Shown here: positions 9,782 to 17,273 of the stretch, piece after piece | How the letters are laid out: the number at the start of each line of letters is the position of its first letter | Position numbering within the stretch: the stretch's first letter is position 1 | IMG/VR virus record: IMGVR_UViG_3300021957_000018 | Length of the DNA stretch: 64,000 nucleotides | From: an uncultured virus (IMG/VR IMGVR_UViG_3300021957_000018) | Taxonomy: Duplodnaviria; Heunggongvirae; Uroviricota; Caudoviricetes | Strand: one strand, 5' to 3' | Notes under the pieces: generated by a model | Seen by the model: the letters and a program-made list of their open reading frames with translations, nothing else | Databases searched by the model: none | Told to the model about the DNA's origin: nothing | Program-made: the position numbers and the translations under genes

Positions 9782-11527
9782 TTATCCGTTAAAAGTTGCG
9801 CCTGTTGGTTCAACTGTAAAGTCTAGCACAATAAATTCTGCTGTTCTTGCTGGCTGAATAAATATCTGACCAATTAACTGATTCCTGTCTACTACGTCTG
9901 CTGTGTTATTCGTATCGTCCATTACAACTCTAAAAGCATAAAGACCTTGTCTTTGTACTACTGATTCTAAATAAGGATTAACGATTGATAAGAATTTGTT
10001 TCTAGTAGCTACTGTGTTCTGTTCGAATACTAAGTTTCTAGCTTGATCTCCTAAGAATTTCTTAAGTTCAATTAACAATCTTCTAACGTTCACTCTATCT
10101 AAAGCTGATGCTTTAGTTTGTAATGTCTTTTGACCAAATACTGCAATACCTTGTCCAGGGAAAGTAGCGATTGGATTAACTTTTCCATCATACAATAAGT
10201 CTCTTTGACCTCTTGTCAATTTCTGTTCTGCTTGAATGATTCCTACTACTCCACCTCTTACTAGTCCTGCTGGTGCGTACCATGGTGCTGAACTATTATC
10301 TGTGAATGCATATACTCCCGGTATTGCTACTGAAGCTGGTGACCATACGTTTCTACCTGTTGCTGATTTTACTTGTACCCAAGGCCAGTAAGCAGCTGCA
10401 TAAGAACTATTTAATCCTGTTGCTGTTGAAGTTACATCAGCTACTCCAGAACCATAGTTATCTAAATCTACTACTGCGATACAATCTCCTCTTTGCTCTG
10501 CTAAAGTAATAATACTGTCTAATGCGCTTCCTTGTGCTGCATTGCTGTATATAAGACCTGGTGCTGATACTATATTAAAGATGTATTCATCTTTATTGCT
10601 TAGTATTGATATTGCTGTAGAATAATCTGATCCATTTACTCCTTGTGAATCTGTATTTGAAATAGATCCAAAGTAGTTAGCAGAACCAGGTGCTATGTTT
10701 CCTGTTGCTCCGTGGAATGAACCTGATTCATTTATCGGTAATGACCCTGTATATTCGTCGCTCCTAACTGTTATACCGTCATTTAATAAGTACCCTGGTA
10801 GTGGACTGTTAACAGCAGATACATAAATATAATTTGATTTATTAATGTAGTCTCCAAAAGTTTTAACATAGTCTTTAGACCCGTCTGTTGCTGGAGCTTT
10901 ATATTGTGTACCAATTTTAGACTCTATGTAATTAGATGATTGTGGATCTAATGATACATTGTTAAATGTTTCTAATACCACCTTAGCATTATGACTATCT
11001 GATCCTTTTCTGATTAGTAAGGTAAATGTACCTTTTTTCTTATCTACATTAGTTACTTCCCACCTGATGTTGTCTTCTGATCCGCTTGTTAAAACTCCTC
11101 CACTGTTTGTGATTTCGTCTCCTGCTGAACTTACTCCTGTTGAGGCGTTAAATAATGTACCTTTACCTAATGTCTTAAGAACAAAAGGTTGAGTATCAGC
11201 AGCGTCTGAAGAAGATACGTGTGTACTTGTAGCTGGAGCAAATGTTCCATTTACTACTCTAGTAACCAGCATAGTGTTACCTCCTTGTTGGAAGTAGTTC
11301 TTTACCGCTATCGATGTTAAAAATTCTTGATTAGTTGATGCTGAAATAAAAGTCTCTCCGAACTTTCTTTTGTACTCATTATAAGATGTAACAATAGTTG
11401 GTTCAAGAACAGGACCTTTTACGGTTGGGCCTAAAATAGCGGCGCCTGCTTCAACTGGAGCTGGATTGATGAAAGAGACATCATTCTCTCTTGCAAATAC
11501 ACCTGGGGAAATAATTGATTCTGCCAT
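9782..11527 (-). CDS. Contractile tail sheath protein (T4 gp18-like)
   Basis: SPGVFARE N-terminus plus PWYAPAGLVRG, GQKTLQ and RVNVRRL sheath motifs. Confidence 0.93.
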   Translation of the reverse strand: MAESIISPGVFARENDVSFINPAPVEAGAAILGPTVKGPVLEPTIVTSYNEYKRKFGETFISASTNQEFLTSIAVKNYFQQGGNTMLVTRVVNGTFAPATSTHVSSSDAADTQPFVLKTLGKGTLFNASTGVSSAGDEITNSGGVLTSGSEDNIRWEVTNVDKKKGTFTLLIRKGSDSHNAKVVLETFNNVSLDPQSSNYIESKIGTQYKAPATDGSKDYVKTFGDYINKSNYIYVSAVNSPLPGYLLNDGITVRSDEYTGSLPINESGSFHGATGNIAPGSANYFGSISNTDSQGVNGSDYSTAISILSNKDEYIFNIVSAPGLIYSNAAQGSALDSIITLAEQRGDCIAVVDLDNYGSGVADVTSTATGLNSSYAAAYWPWVQVKSATGRNVWSPASVAIPGVYAFTDNSSAPWYAPAGLVRGGVVGIIQAEQKLTRGQRDLLYDGKVNPIATFPGQGIAVFGQKTLQTKASALDRVNVRRLLIELKKFLGDQARNLVFEQNTVATRNKFLSIVNPYLESVVQRQGLYAFRVVMDDTNNTADVVDRNQLIGQIFIQPARTAEFIVLDFTVEPTGATFNG

Positions 11528-11555
11528 GTCTGGTCTATTTTGTTTTTTAGTTTAT

Positions 11556-11563
11556 TATAAATA
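11556..11563 (-). promoter_or_regulatory. Putative late promoter TATTTATA
   Basis: Octamer upstream of the sheath gene. A second copy lies at 11613-11620. Confidence 0.6.
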
Positions 11564-11620
11564 TCGTTTAGGAATGTAAAACAGATAATGTATTTTGTTT
11601 TAACTTCTCTTATATAAATA

Positions 11621-11646
11621 GGAAAGGAGGATCTAAACCCTCCTCT
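11621..11646 (-). terminator. Hairpin, probable terminator
   Basis: AGGAGGGU-UUAG-AUCCUCCU then UUCC, after the 98-aa gene. Confidence 0.55.
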
Positions 11647-11669
11647 CTATTCAAGTATGTTTGAAATAT

Positions 11670-11966
11670 TTACTTTACTTCTTCAACAACTTCATCTTCA
11701 GCTCCTTTTTCCTCTGCAGGTGCAGGGATAAATTCACCTTCTTTAAGGTCGATTGACCCTACTCCATATGCATCTTCTAATTCCTTAACAACCTCTTGTT
11801 CAGAAGTTCTTAATTCCTCTAGAAACTGCTCTGCGCTTTCTTTTCTTTGCTCTAGGTTAATTTCAGCTAATGAAATTTGTCCTAACTCTTGAATTAGTGC
11901 AGCGTTTTTGTTCTGCAGATCTTGTAACTTTCCAAGCTCTTCTTTACTCAGTTTTGTGTTTGCCAT
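11670..11966 (-). CDS. Small acidic coiled-coil protein, possible fibre/tail assembly chaperone
   Basis: 98 aa with heptad pattern and YGVGSIDLKEGEF. Function inferred from position only. Confidence 0.55.
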   Translation of the reverse strand: MANTKLSKEELGKLQDLQNKNAALIQELGQISLAEINLEQRKESAEQFLEELRTSEQEVVKELEDAYGVGSIDLKEGEFIPAPAEEKGAEDEVVEEVK

Positions 11967-12066
11967 TTTCTTTTTAATTTAAAACTTTAATTTAATCGAT
12001 TAATTATATATTAATATAAGAATAAATAGTATACGAAACAACTATTATTCTAAATACTTTTATTTT

Positions 12067-12348
12067 TGTGTTACCCAGTAGCGGCTATGTTTCAAAACGT
12101 TCGTTAGAACGAGAATCCGCAAGGTGCTCCCCACATTTGTTATCGCAGCTTTTTTAATTACTACTTCTATATATCACTATATAGGTCAGACTATATCTTC
12201 AATCTTTCGATTGCCGGACGCTCGTGGGTCTATTATTGTTGGGACTCAAGACCTAGTCGTTGCACCTTCTGCAAAACTTAAACCCTTTGCAGCTTGGCTC
12301 AGTGTTGTCTCATTGAGAGTTCCTCTGAATTCATCCAGTACGGGCATA
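12067..12348 (-). ncRNA. Stand-alone group I ribozyme core (IA-like architecture) plus short downstream exon-like segment
   Basis: P3 CUGGAUG(12338-12332)/CGUCCGG(12220-12214). P element AAUUCAGAGGAA, Q element CACUGAGCCAAG. P6a CUGCAAAG/UUUUGCAG. R element GGUGCAACGACUA. P7.1 GGUCU/AGACC. P8 CAAUC-GAAA-GAUUG. S element AAGAUAUAGUCU. P9 CUAUAUA-GUGA-UAUAUAG. Ends ...GAUAACAAAUG (probable omega-G at 12134). Confidence 0.9.
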
Positions 12349-12356
12349 TATAAATA
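12349..12356 (-). promoter_or_regulatory. Putative late promoter TATTTATA driving the ribozyme
   Basis: Same octamer as before the structural genes, 3 nt before the guide G at 12345. No minus-strand ORF follows it. Confidence 0.6.
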
Positions 12357-12371
12357 TCTCTTCTTTTTAAA

Positions 12372-13232
12372 TTAATCTACTTTAGCTTTAAATACCTGGA
12401 ACTCACTATATCTAATATTTCCGAAGTTTGCATCTCCATTAATACTATTTCTTGGACCTTCTCTATATACCCATTTACCGAAGTTAAATACCAGTATATA
12501 TAGTCCTGCTCCCCATGATGCATAATTGTAGTTGTTAACAAATAATGTTCTCAGTGATACATAATTAGTACTGCTAGTAAAGGCAGAAGAAGCATAATCT
12601 TCATATTCAACTATAGTCCCGCTTGAGTTTAGTTCTATCCTAAGTACCTGGTATGTTGCTCCATCTCCTAATTTCATGTTACTATGTAAGGAACCTCTAT
12701 AAGCATGTGGATCATTATCGGGATAATCGTAAGTAACAGGTCCATTACCAGACATCATAGGTTCACCTTCATCTGTATGAGTTATACTATTATTACGTGA
12801 GATATCAGTTGCTGCTGATTTAGATGCTATTAAGGTTGATTTTCTACTATTCTTATTGAGTAATTTTGTTAACTCTCTATAGGGTGTATTAGCAGCTAGA
12901 TACGCTTTTGTATATGGTATTCCAGCAGTTACTCCATATTCTGCTGCTTCATAACTGTCCGGTCTAAATAAAGCGTCTCCGTAATTAAAATTAATAGCAG
13001 CAAGTAAGAAGTTAAAATCATGATCATAACTTCGATAATCACCTAAACTATAACCGGATGGTCCTCGGGGACTTGATCTTATATTAGGATTAAGTCTATT
13101 TACTTCACCTAAAGTTCCTTGAGAGATTGCTCCAAGACTTACGTTAGTATAGCTTGTTGAACTACCGTAGTTGTTGTTTGCAAATTCTCTTCTTATTCCT
13201 AAAAGAGATATATTATTACTTGGTGCTGCCAT
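12372..13232 (-). CDS. Putative fibre-tip/adhesin protein
   Basis: 286 aa. N-terminus MAAPSNNISLLGIRREF resembles fibre-tip attachment peptides. Last gene of the fibre cluster. Confidence 0.45.
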   Translation of the reverse strand: MAAPSNNISLLGIRREFANNNYGSSTSYTNVSLGAISQGTLGEVNRLNPNIRSSPRGPSGYSLGDYRSYDHDFNFLLAAINFNYGDALFRPDSYEAAEYGVTAGIPYTKAYLAANTPYRELTKLLNKNSRKSTLIASKSAATDISRNNSITHTDEGEPMMSGNGPVTYDYPDNDPHAYRGSLHSNMKLGDGATYQVLRIELNSSGTIVEYEDYASSAFTSSTNYVSLRTLFVNNYNYASWGAGLYILVFNFGKWVYREGPRNSINGDANFGNIRYSEFQVFKAKVD

Positions 13233-13285
13233 CTACTTACTTTATATTATTGTAATATTATTTAATAAATATAGTATAACTTTAC

Positions 13286-14551
13286 CTATATTCCAAATCT
13301 GTTTTTGTATACGTTAAAATTTTGTTTAACTTGGTCGGCAGATAATACTCCATTATATACCTTACCTACGTACACTTGTCCGTTTAACCCGTAGGAGCCA
13401 CTTAGACCATGGTACTCAGCCCCTATTGTGATTTTGCCGGTATTTAGTACAACTGATGCTGTTTGACCTGTTGATATTGTTTCTTGTAATTCTCCGTTTA
13501 GGTAAATCGTAACAACGCCTGTTGATCTTTTCCAAGTACCTACCAAATGGTATTTCGTATCGTTATTTAATGTACCTGTTACCATTGCTACGTAGCTACT
13601 AGTTCCAAAACCCAACCATAACCCATATCTGTTTGAATTCTTGTAGGACATTAATTTAACACCTCTTTGGTGGTCTGTATCCGTACATATTACTGAAGTG
13701 TGAGGAGCACTTGAGGCTTCTTCATTAAAGACTGCTTCTAACGTAATACTATCAGTAATACCACAGTTAGTCGTAGTTTGAAAGTAGTCACCTGTTCCGT
13801 CTAAGTCTGGTTGCCCTGTTGAATCAAAAGAAACATTTGATACATCTATACTTGTTGTTCTTTTTAAGTCTATAAGAGATTGGGTTGATAAGCGTGTTGA
13901 ACCTGGTTGGATAGGAGGTATTACATTATTTCCGTATGTAACTTGTGGCAATGCCCACATAAAAAAACCTGTAAAAGAACCATTTGTTACTCCATTTTTA
14001 CGAGGATATAAAGGTATAAATCTAGTATTACCGTCAGAGGTAGCTTTTTTTGCTGTCACTTGCCAAGTACCTTTGTTGTTTAAATTATATTCACCTGGAA
14101 AACCGCTTACAAGAGACTCCCCTCCTGCTTCACCTTCTATTACTGCAGGAATTGAATCTAAATTGCAATCAGCGCTTGCGTATATCCAAGAAGACATTGT
14201 CATAGTAGCTCCGTTAGTACAAGCGATATCTCTTAGCATATATCCGTATGAGTTACTACCCCAACTACTACTTAGTGCTCCGCTCACGTGTTTGAATACT
14301 AATCCCAAATAAGTACCTATAGGGCCACTTACTCCAGGATGAGTGTATGTTGAATTTTCAGTCCACCTATTACCATCCCAATAATGCTTGGTATGAGTCC
14401 TAAGAGATTGAGTGTTTAACATACTATCCCATAAGTTTGCGCCTGGTTCGCCTTTATAAAACCTAGTTGAAGTGTTATTATCAGCTACACCGTATCCTGT
14501 ATCATATCCAAATACTAAACTATCTTTTATTAAATGAGGTCCTGTATACAT
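13286..14551 (-). CDS. LamG/concanavalin A-like lectin protein, paralogue A
   Basis: C-terminal LamG pattern (YHLVGTW...IYLNG...KVYNGVLSADQVKQNFN). Shares constant boxes with paralogues B and C. Confidence 0.75.
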   Translation of the reverse strand: MYTGPHLIKDSLVFGYDTGYGVADNNTSTRFYKGEPGANLWDSMLNTQSLRTHTKHYWDGNRWTENSTYTHPGVSGPIGTYLGLVFKHVSGALSSSWGSNSYGYMLRDIACTNGATMTMSSWIYASADCNLDSIPAVIEGEAGGESLVSGFPGEYNLNNKGTWQVTAKKATSDGNTRFIPLYPRKNGVTNGSFTGFFMWALPQVTYGNNVIPPIQPGSTRLSTQSLIDLKRTTSIDVSNVSFDSTGQPDLDGTGDYFQTTTNCGITDSITLEAVFNEEASSAPHTSVICTDTDHQRGVKLMSYKNSNRYGLWLGFGTSSYVAMVTGTLNNDTKYHLVGTWKRSTGVVTIYLNGELQETISTGQTASVVLNTGKITIGAEYHGLSGSYGLNGQVYVGKVYNGVLSADQVKQNFNVYKNRFGI

Positions 14552-15753
14552 TATATATTAAATCGGTTTTTGTATGCGTTAAAGTTTTGTTTTACTTCTT
14601 GTGCTGTAAGACCTGTGTCGTAAATTTTTGCTACAGCCATTAATCCTTCAAAGAAATACTGTCCACTAGTGCCACTAGCAAACGTTCCTATTCTAAAATC
14701 GTTATTCAACGTTAAGCTAGTTGTGTTTGTAGTACCAGTGCCAACACTTACTCCGTTGTGGTAAATTACCCAACTATTCCCATTTCTAGTTGCTACTATA
14801 TTATGCCAATTGTTTAAAGGCATGCTGAAATTACTGGACTGTACTTCAATATTACTATTACCTGTAACGACATGCACAGTATCTGGCGAAGCATGATAGT
14901 CAAATAGGAAGTATGCGCTAGTACCATTGGTATTTCCATCTCCCCTTGGATCCATTAAGTACATTCTAGAGTGGTTGTAACCTGTTGGGTATATCCAAAC
15001 TTCCATTGTTAAGCTTGCTCCTAAAAAAATATTGCTAGGCGAAGCAACTATTCTATCATCTGTTCCATCAAAATCAGGCTGTCCAATTGAATCAAAAGAT
15101 ACATTTGATACATCTATATTTGTTGTCTTTTTTAGGTCTATTAGTGATTGAGTGGATGATCTTGTTCCTAGGGAACCTATATATGGAGATAGTTGATTGC
15201 CAATTTCAAATTGTAAATCCTGTATTTTTAAATTTACTCCATTGCTATACTGGTACCCTTGTAGGTTAATATAAGAGGTTGTTGATGTTGTTGTAAAAGT
15301 TCTATAAGCCCTATACCATCCTCCTCCTAAATCAATCATATAACTAGTAGAAAATTTCCCTCCTTCTGTTATTTGAGAACCATTATGGTACTGTCTTACA
15401 TAAAACATATTTACGTGTGGGGTAGTCCCGCTATACTTAATAGTAGCACTAACCGTATACTCTGTACTGGCAGAGATATTGTTTATTGTAGAACTTGCAT
15501 AGAACTGTACTCCTCCTCCATTAGTTGTTATTAAATGTATACCTTGGTTACCTCTGTCTGTTGTATAGTAGGATGTAGAACCTGTCATTCCGGACCAATT
15601 ATTGAAGTATTTGGTCATATCGTTAGAGAGGTTACTAGTTGGTTTTCCTTGATAGTACCTAGAATTAGTAGCGGTGTTATTTACACCATATCCGGTATCG
15701 TATCCAAATACTAACCCATCTTTTTCTGTATTAGGTCCTCCTATGGTTGCCAT
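14551..15753 (-). CDS. LamG/concanavalin A-like lectin protein, paralogue B
   Basis: WHNIVATRNG...IYHNG...KIYDTGLTAQEVKQNFN, with a CBM-like N-terminal domain. Confidence 0.75.
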   Translation of the reverse strand: MATIGGPNTEKDGLVFGYDTGYGVNNTATNSRYYQGKPTSNLSNDMTKYFNNWSGMTGSTSYYTTDRGNQGIHLITTNGGGVQFYASSTINNISASTEYTVSATIKYSGTTPHVNMFYVRQYHNGSQITEGGKFSTSYMIDLGGGWYRAYRTFTTTSTTSYINLQGYQYSNGVNLKIQDLQFEIGNQLSPYIGSLGTRSSTQSLIDLKKTTNIDVSNVSFDSIGQPDFDGTDDRIVASPSNIFLGASLTMEVWIYPTGYNHSRMYLMDPRGDGNTNGTSAYFLFDYHASPDTVHVVTGNSNIEVQSSNFSMPLNNWHNIVATRNGNSWVIYHNGVSVGTGTTNTTSLTLNNDFRIGTFASGTSGQYFFEGLMAVAKIYDTGLTAQEVKQNFNAYKNRFNI

Positions 15754-15754
15754 A

Positions 15755-16084
15755 TTATTCTTCTATTTGTTCAGTCCACTGTTCGGTTGATAGTAGTTCT
15801 AATATTTCTGAATGTGTATATTCTGTATATTCTTCACTGTATACAGAAGGTCTACCGTAAGTACCTGCTTCAACTGTATTAGTTACTTCTTCTCCTGTTT
15901 CTGTATCTTCAAAAGTTTCTGTATAAGTTTCTTCTATTACATTAACGTCATATTTAACAAACGTTAAAGTCCCGTCTATAGACTTTCTTAAGGACTCTAC
16001 ATTTGATTCATGAACTTGATTAAAATCAATATCGTCTACTATACTTGTTGGTACTACTAACCATCTTCTATTTTCGAATCTCAT
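15755..16084 (-). CDS. Small acidic fibre-associated protein
   Basis: 109 aa (IDFNQV...LRKSIDGTLTFVKY...YTHSEILELL) packed tightly between the LamG genes. Confidence 0.65.
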   Translation of the reverse strand: MRFENRRWLVVPTSIVDDIDFNQVHESNVESLRKSIDGTLTFVKYDVNVIEETYTETFEDTETGEEVTNTVEAGTYGRPSVYSEEYTEYTHSEILELLSTEQWTEQIEE

Positions 16085-16088
16085 AATT

Positions 16089-17273
16089 TTATATATTAAA
16101 TCTATTTTTATATGCGTTGTAATTTTGTAGTGCTTGTTCTTGTGTAAATGCCGTTTGGTATACTTTCCATACCGGTATTTCTCCAGGCCAGTATGCTGTA
16201 TTTCTACCTCTATCTCTACCTACAGAAAAACTAGGGTTATTAGGAAGTAGAGGTGTTTCTGATGAACCTGCGCTTAAGGTTTGCTGTACACCATTGAACC
16301 ATACTTTTTTATTAGTGTTATTTGATGCTCCTCCTGCATAACTCAGTACTATATGATAAAACTTGTTTGCTACCATAAGCGGACTGTTAGTAAAAGTTGT
16401 ATCTCTACTGTAAAAATACCAATTCATATTACCTGTATTAACATCTAAGGCACTATATTGATGAGTTGAAGAATTGCCAATACTAAAGGGGTCTTTTCGA
16501 CCTCCTATACTTCCTTGGTTTACATTAGAAGAAAATACCATTTCTATCGTATGAGGAGCACCAAGACCGTCCATTGGTAAAACACCTGTGATATGATCGT
16601 CAGTTTCATCGAATGAGGGTTGCCCTGTTGAATCAAAAGACACATTTGATACATCTATATCTGTTGTTCTTTTTAAATCTATGAGAGATTGTGTGGATGA
16701 TCTTGTACCATCTACAAAAGGACTAGCTGCTCCTATTTCTAATTGAGGAGAATGAAAATCTATAATTCCGCCGTTAGTGTTGTCTATCATTACAAATATT
16801 CTAGTTGGATTAGTCCCTAAAGTTTTTGACATTGTAAATCTCTGAAAGGTATTAGTAGCGGCAGCATACACAGTAGTATACCCACTTATATTATCATAAA
16901 TTCTTATACCAACAGTTGCAGATGCTCCCTGTCTTTTTAAGTATACAGAAAAAGTTACGGTCTGTGCAGATAGTGTAGATAAATCGTCATCTAGTACGTA
17001 ATCATGGCTATACATATAACTTGTTCCAGATGTGTTGTAAGTACCTATTGGTGTACCAAATTCACTAGTACCTAGAGTATAAGAAGGTGTAGCACCGTTC
17101 CAATTAGTCCCTTGAACTATATTGTAGTTACTAATCCCATCGGATAAATAATTTACAGTATTTCTACCTGGGTAGAATCTAGTAGCCGTGTCATTATCAG
17201 TTACTCCATACCCAGTGTCGTATCCAAATACTAAATTATCTTTTACTATATTAGGTCCTCTATGTATACCCAT
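16089..17273 (-). CDS. LamG/concanavalin A-like lectin protein, paralogue C
   Basis: FYHIVLSY...VWFNG...QNYNAYKNRFNI, with the shared constant boxes. Confidence 0.75.
   Translation of the reverse strand: MGIHRGPNIVKDNLVFGYDTGYGVTDNDTATRFYPGRNTVNYLSDGISNYNIVQGTNWNGATPSYTLGTSEFGTPIGTYNTSGTSYMYSHDYVLDDDLSTLSAQTVTFSVYLKRQGASATVGIRIYDNISGYTTVYAAATNTFQRFTMSKTLGTNPTRIFVMIDNTNGGIIDFHSPQLEIGAASPFVDGTRSSTQSLIDLKRTTDIDVSNVSFDSTGQPSFDETDDHITGVLPMDGLGAPHTIEMVFSSNVNQGSIGGRKDPFSIGNSSTHQYSALDVNTGNMNWYFYSRDTTFTNSPLMVANKFYHIVLSYAGGASNNTNKKVWFNGVQQTLSAGSSETPLLPNNPSFSVGRDRGRNTAYWPGEIPVWKVYQTAFTQEQALQNYNAYKNRFNI

Noticed and set aside
12073..12133. tRNA or tRNA half as the ribozyme exon
   Set aside because: GUUCUAA resembles a T-loop, but no 5-bp T stem, cloverleaf or CCA end can be built.
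12124..12375. 83-aa plus-strand ORF in the intergenic gap
   Set aside because: GTG start, opposite to all other genes, and exactly antisense to the ribozyme core, which explains the sequence better. No homing endonuclease motif.
13286..17273. Diversity-generating retroelement or invertase shufflon behind the LamG repeats
   Set aside because: No reverse transcriptase or recombinase in the window, the repeats are direct and coding, and no non-coding template with adenine-specific differences is visible.
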